A stretch of DNA of 64,000 bases from Paragordius varius (lineage: Eukaryota > Animalia > Nematomorpha): the NCBI GenBank assembly GCA_964247055.1, contig OZ176054.1:11842001-11906000 (forward strand). The letters run 5' to 3'. The position numbers were made by a program, and so were the translations under genes. Each line of letters starts with the position of its first letter. The stretch's first letter is position 1. Of the stretch, positions 61,201 to 64,000 are shown in pieces. The notes under the pieces are model-generated. The model worked only from the letters and a program-made list of their open reading frames with translations, did not search any database and was not told the origin of the DNA.

Positions 61201-63375
61201 AAGTAAATATTTAAAAAAACTTTTTTGGCACATGAATTGAATATGGTTGAGAGTTCGGATAGAACCATATCTACGCATTTTAGTGTCGGTTCCTTAAGCT
61301 TAGCAATCTGTTTTCTGACGATGGCTTCAAAAGCCATATCTGGGGTAAAAAGACCCACCCTAAACAACGATTAAATAATATATTTAAATTTAAACTAAAA
61401 ACACAATAAGAGCTAAATTCAATAACCATACAATATACACCCTTGAACAAATCAAATTAACCATTATATAAATTATGTTTTTTTAAAAATTAAAAATTAC
61501 CTATATTTAACATATTTTTAAAAAATAAAATTTGTTTAAAATCAAAATAATACTGAAAAAATAACAAACCATCCATAAAGATATATTTCATATTAGAATG
61601 AGTTATATTATTTCGAAAAATAATTTTTTTAAGGTAAATTTGAATTGTCCAAGGGTAAATTTGAACTGTAAATGGCATATTTACAAAATGCAAATGGCAA
61701 TGACCAAAAACATATTTAATTAAACAGAGCCTTTATTAATTATTCAATTGCGTCTTTATGGATTTAACACAATCCTAAGGATTTATATATCTAGAATTGG
61801 TAAATTTGAATTAGTGTGTAGCCAATGTTTAAAATAATTATAAGCCCCTTCATAATTTTATAAATTATTATTATTATTATTATAATTTTGTTCGTTAAGT
61901 TTTTCAATTACAAAAATTAAAACTAAAAAAAATAATTTTAACATTACCTGATACCATGTATGTTACGTATAGCATAACTGATTTCTCGCCTCAATTCTTT
62001 CTCATCAAATTCCATCTATTGTAAAAGAAATAAATTTAGCCAAATAAACTTTTTTTAGTTTAATAAACACTTATTATTATAGTGATTAAATCTTTGTTAA
62101 AGAACAATTTTTAGGCATCTAAATGTTTGATAAGTATTTATATTTATCATCTTAATTTTTAGATTTTTCTATTTATATGCCGAAAAAGCGTTGGTTTAAA
62201 TAAATACCCCTTTGGGAGATTTAAATTTAATATATTAAACTAAAAATCAAATTTAAAAACTTTACATGCTTATTAATATGCGAAAATGTTAGTTTTCTTA
62301 GAAGTTTGTGAAAGTGCTGAGCTGAGATTGAATAAAAAAAGGTTGAGAATGGATAAAATGTTTAAAATAGTTGGATTTTTTGGTTTTTTTTTTATCAAAA
62401 ATCTTTGAAATTAAAAGCCTATAAATATAAAATTTACTAAAGATGGAAAAATTATAAACATCTAAATATCAATATTTTAAAAAGAGCATTTCAAAAATTC
62501 ACAAAAAACTCTAAAATAAACCTTAACGAGTTCAAAAGGGAAGCGTTCATGAAATATTCGATTAATTCTGGCTCCACCAGTCAGTTCCATAGTGTTTATT
62601 TCTTGACTTCCACTGCCGGAACCTTCGATGCTTTTATCAAAATCTGAGGCTATAACTTGCACCAATCTATATTACATATAATTTATTAAAAATCATTATT
62701 TATTAAAATATAAATAATTTTATTGGATTCTTTTATTCAAGTTATTGATATAATAACGATTTATAATTAAGACTCTTTCAAAAAAACTATATAAAGAGCT
62801 TTTAAAGTTGTTATTATGGTTAATCCTAAATAAAATAAAATATCAATGATATAATATTGGCTTATGTCTGCATAAAATTGCATTTTAGAAAACAATTAAG
62901 TTTTAAAATTAAATATAAAATGTATATATTTCACTCTTTTAAATATCATTATACATAATGCTTAGGTTACCAATATATCCAATAGCGTTTTATTTCAAAT
63001 TTAATCTGATCACAAAAAATAAAAAATTTACACGTTAGAAAAAAGTACAATTTCGACAATACCTATTCTTACACCATACCCACTATAATTCAATCCATAT
63101 ATAATATTAACCTTGAAAAACACATAAAGAAAAGAATTTTTTATAAAACCTTTTTAAAAAACCCTTTTCAAATAACATACTGGAGCATGGCTTTAGTTTT
63201 GCGGGTGGGATCATCAGGTTTATAATTTTTGAATTCGGAAACATCCTTTTCCATACTCAACATTTGTTTTTGCAATTTATCTCTCAGGGCAGGTAACGTA
63301 TCTCGAATGTGATTAGTTAGCTGTTGATTCAAAGTGCGTTGCAAATACGGTGTACCACACTTATCAGCAATATGT
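50963..63375 (-). CDS. shi/DNM: Classical dynamin, 5'-incomplete (GTPase domain mostly outside the window); exons 63181-63375, 62522-62666, 61948-62015, 61221-61359, 60010-60167, 59492-59543, 59309-59422, 58863-58972, 57932-58052, 56892-57035, 56359-56415, 55602-55764, 53926-54304, 51804-52039, 51311-51392, 50963-51029
   Basis: [22 protein letters not shown]; [19 protein letters not shown]; [10 protein letters not shown]; [10 protein letters not shown]; PH domain IRKGY...YWFVLTAE...[12 protein letters not shown]; [15 protein letters not shown]; [11 protein letters not shown]; terminal [11 protein letters not shown]. All phases are compatible. Confidence 0.96.
52750..53897 (+). mobile_element. 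Degenerate mariner transposon in a dynamin intron, same family as 2494-3633
   Basis: TA-flanked imperfect TIRs (CAAGATGTATTCATA...CCGGTTT / AAACCGG...TGAATACACCTGA). Decayed transposase: [38 protein letters not shown]. Confidence 0.85.
54774..55576. mobile_element. MITE family B, full copy with asymmetric arrays (3 versus 12 units of 21 bp)
   Basis: TATACCATTTACACTTCAAGAGTGTCC TIRs; 12 x AAGGACCAACTTGAA(C/T)TGTTC at 55296-55547. Confidence 0.93.
57185..57392. mobile_element. MITE family A copy, shortened
   Basis: TATACCATTTCAGTTCAAAT...AGGGTGAATTTGAATTGTAAATAGTATA. Confidence 0.75.
58167..58201. repeat. (TA)n microsatellite; others near 6041, 7684, 12300, 21864, 29157, 30669, 33455 and 56104
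   Basis: Read directly from the sequence. Confidence 0.95.
58608..58839. mobile_element. MITE family A copy
   Basis: ATACCATTTACAGTTCAAATTCACCCT...AGGGTGAATTTGAATTCTAAATGGTAT. Confidence 0.85.
60838..61083. repeat. Long foldback: arms of about 105 bp with a 36-nt loop, in a dynamin intron
   Basis: 60838-60943 is a near-exact reverse complement of 60980-61083. Confidence 0.9.
61423..61680. mobile_element. MITE family A copy, degenerate
   Basis: Family interior and right end AAGGGTAAATTTGAACTGTAAATGGCATA. Confidence 0.75.
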
Positions 63376-64000
63376 CTTTATGCAAAAATAATAGTACAGT
63401 AGAGTATGGCATAAAAAAAGTTTGTCCATAATTAAGCATGCAAACTAGTGTAAAAACATAGGGGGCGGGGGAGGAATTGTTTAATTTTAACCATTTGTTG
63501 TTTATTATCACATACTACTGTAAAATGGATAGCTCTGAAATGACCACCCGATTGTGAAAAAATTCAAAGCTCATCCGAATAAAGAGAAAAATTGATATTT
63601 ACATTTTTTGAATTTAATATAAATTTAGTTTTTTAAATAAATAGTTAATTCTAAGATATTAATAAAAAAAATTCAATTTTTTGATTGTTTTTAGTGTATT
63701 TCAAGCGCTTTAAAATACTACCAAACAAGAAGAATGTGTGAAACAAACGTAACCTAAAACTCTATAACCCAGTATAATACAAGTTAATTTAATTTCGATT
63801 CGCTATTAAAAATGTATACATTTTAAGAGGGGCTACCATATTTTAAATATTATCATGAAAATTTAAAATAAAATTTAAATAGATTTGATCATGCGAACAT
63901 ATGTAGAAAGTTTAAATGTAAATAAAAAATATTATATTTATTAAATTGCCGCTAAAAAAGTTTTTTTTGATGGAATGTATTTTGTAAATTATTTCTTAAC

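Noticed and set aside
60170-61947. Possible mutually exclusive duplicate of the dynamin GLFTPD exon (10a/10b type)
   Set aside because: No second copy is visible in either flanking intron.

Overview
Very AT-rich, intron-containing invertebrate animal DNA; the species cannot be identified from the sequence. I reconstructed by hand eight protein-coding genes with frame-consistent GT-AG exon chains: a divergent hedgehog (+), a GT11 alpha-1,2-fucosyltransferase (-), an M14B carboxypeptidase M-like gene (-), HADHB thiolase (+), an SLC6 GABA transporter (-), an orphan coiled-coil gene (-), RPLP2 (+) and the 3' part of dynamin (-). Between and inside them lie two mariner relics, an RTE LINE relic, a Penelope GIY-YIG fragment with a hammerhead-like motif, piggyBac-, hAT- and Helitron-type non-autonomous elements, and two related MITE families with 21-bp subterminal arrays. 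The main highlight is the hedgehog gene. It keeps both ancestral intron positions but appears to lack the Hog/Hint autoprocessing domain and the N-terminal palmitoylation Cys, and it has degenerate Ca sites, so it would be a lipid-free, possibly membrane-tethered Hedge-only ligand. A second highlight is four 22-29 nt introns together with strongly relaxed 5' splice sites. No tRNA, rRNA or CRISPR array was found. All homology calls come from motifs I recognise, not from database searches; repeat boundaries are approximate.
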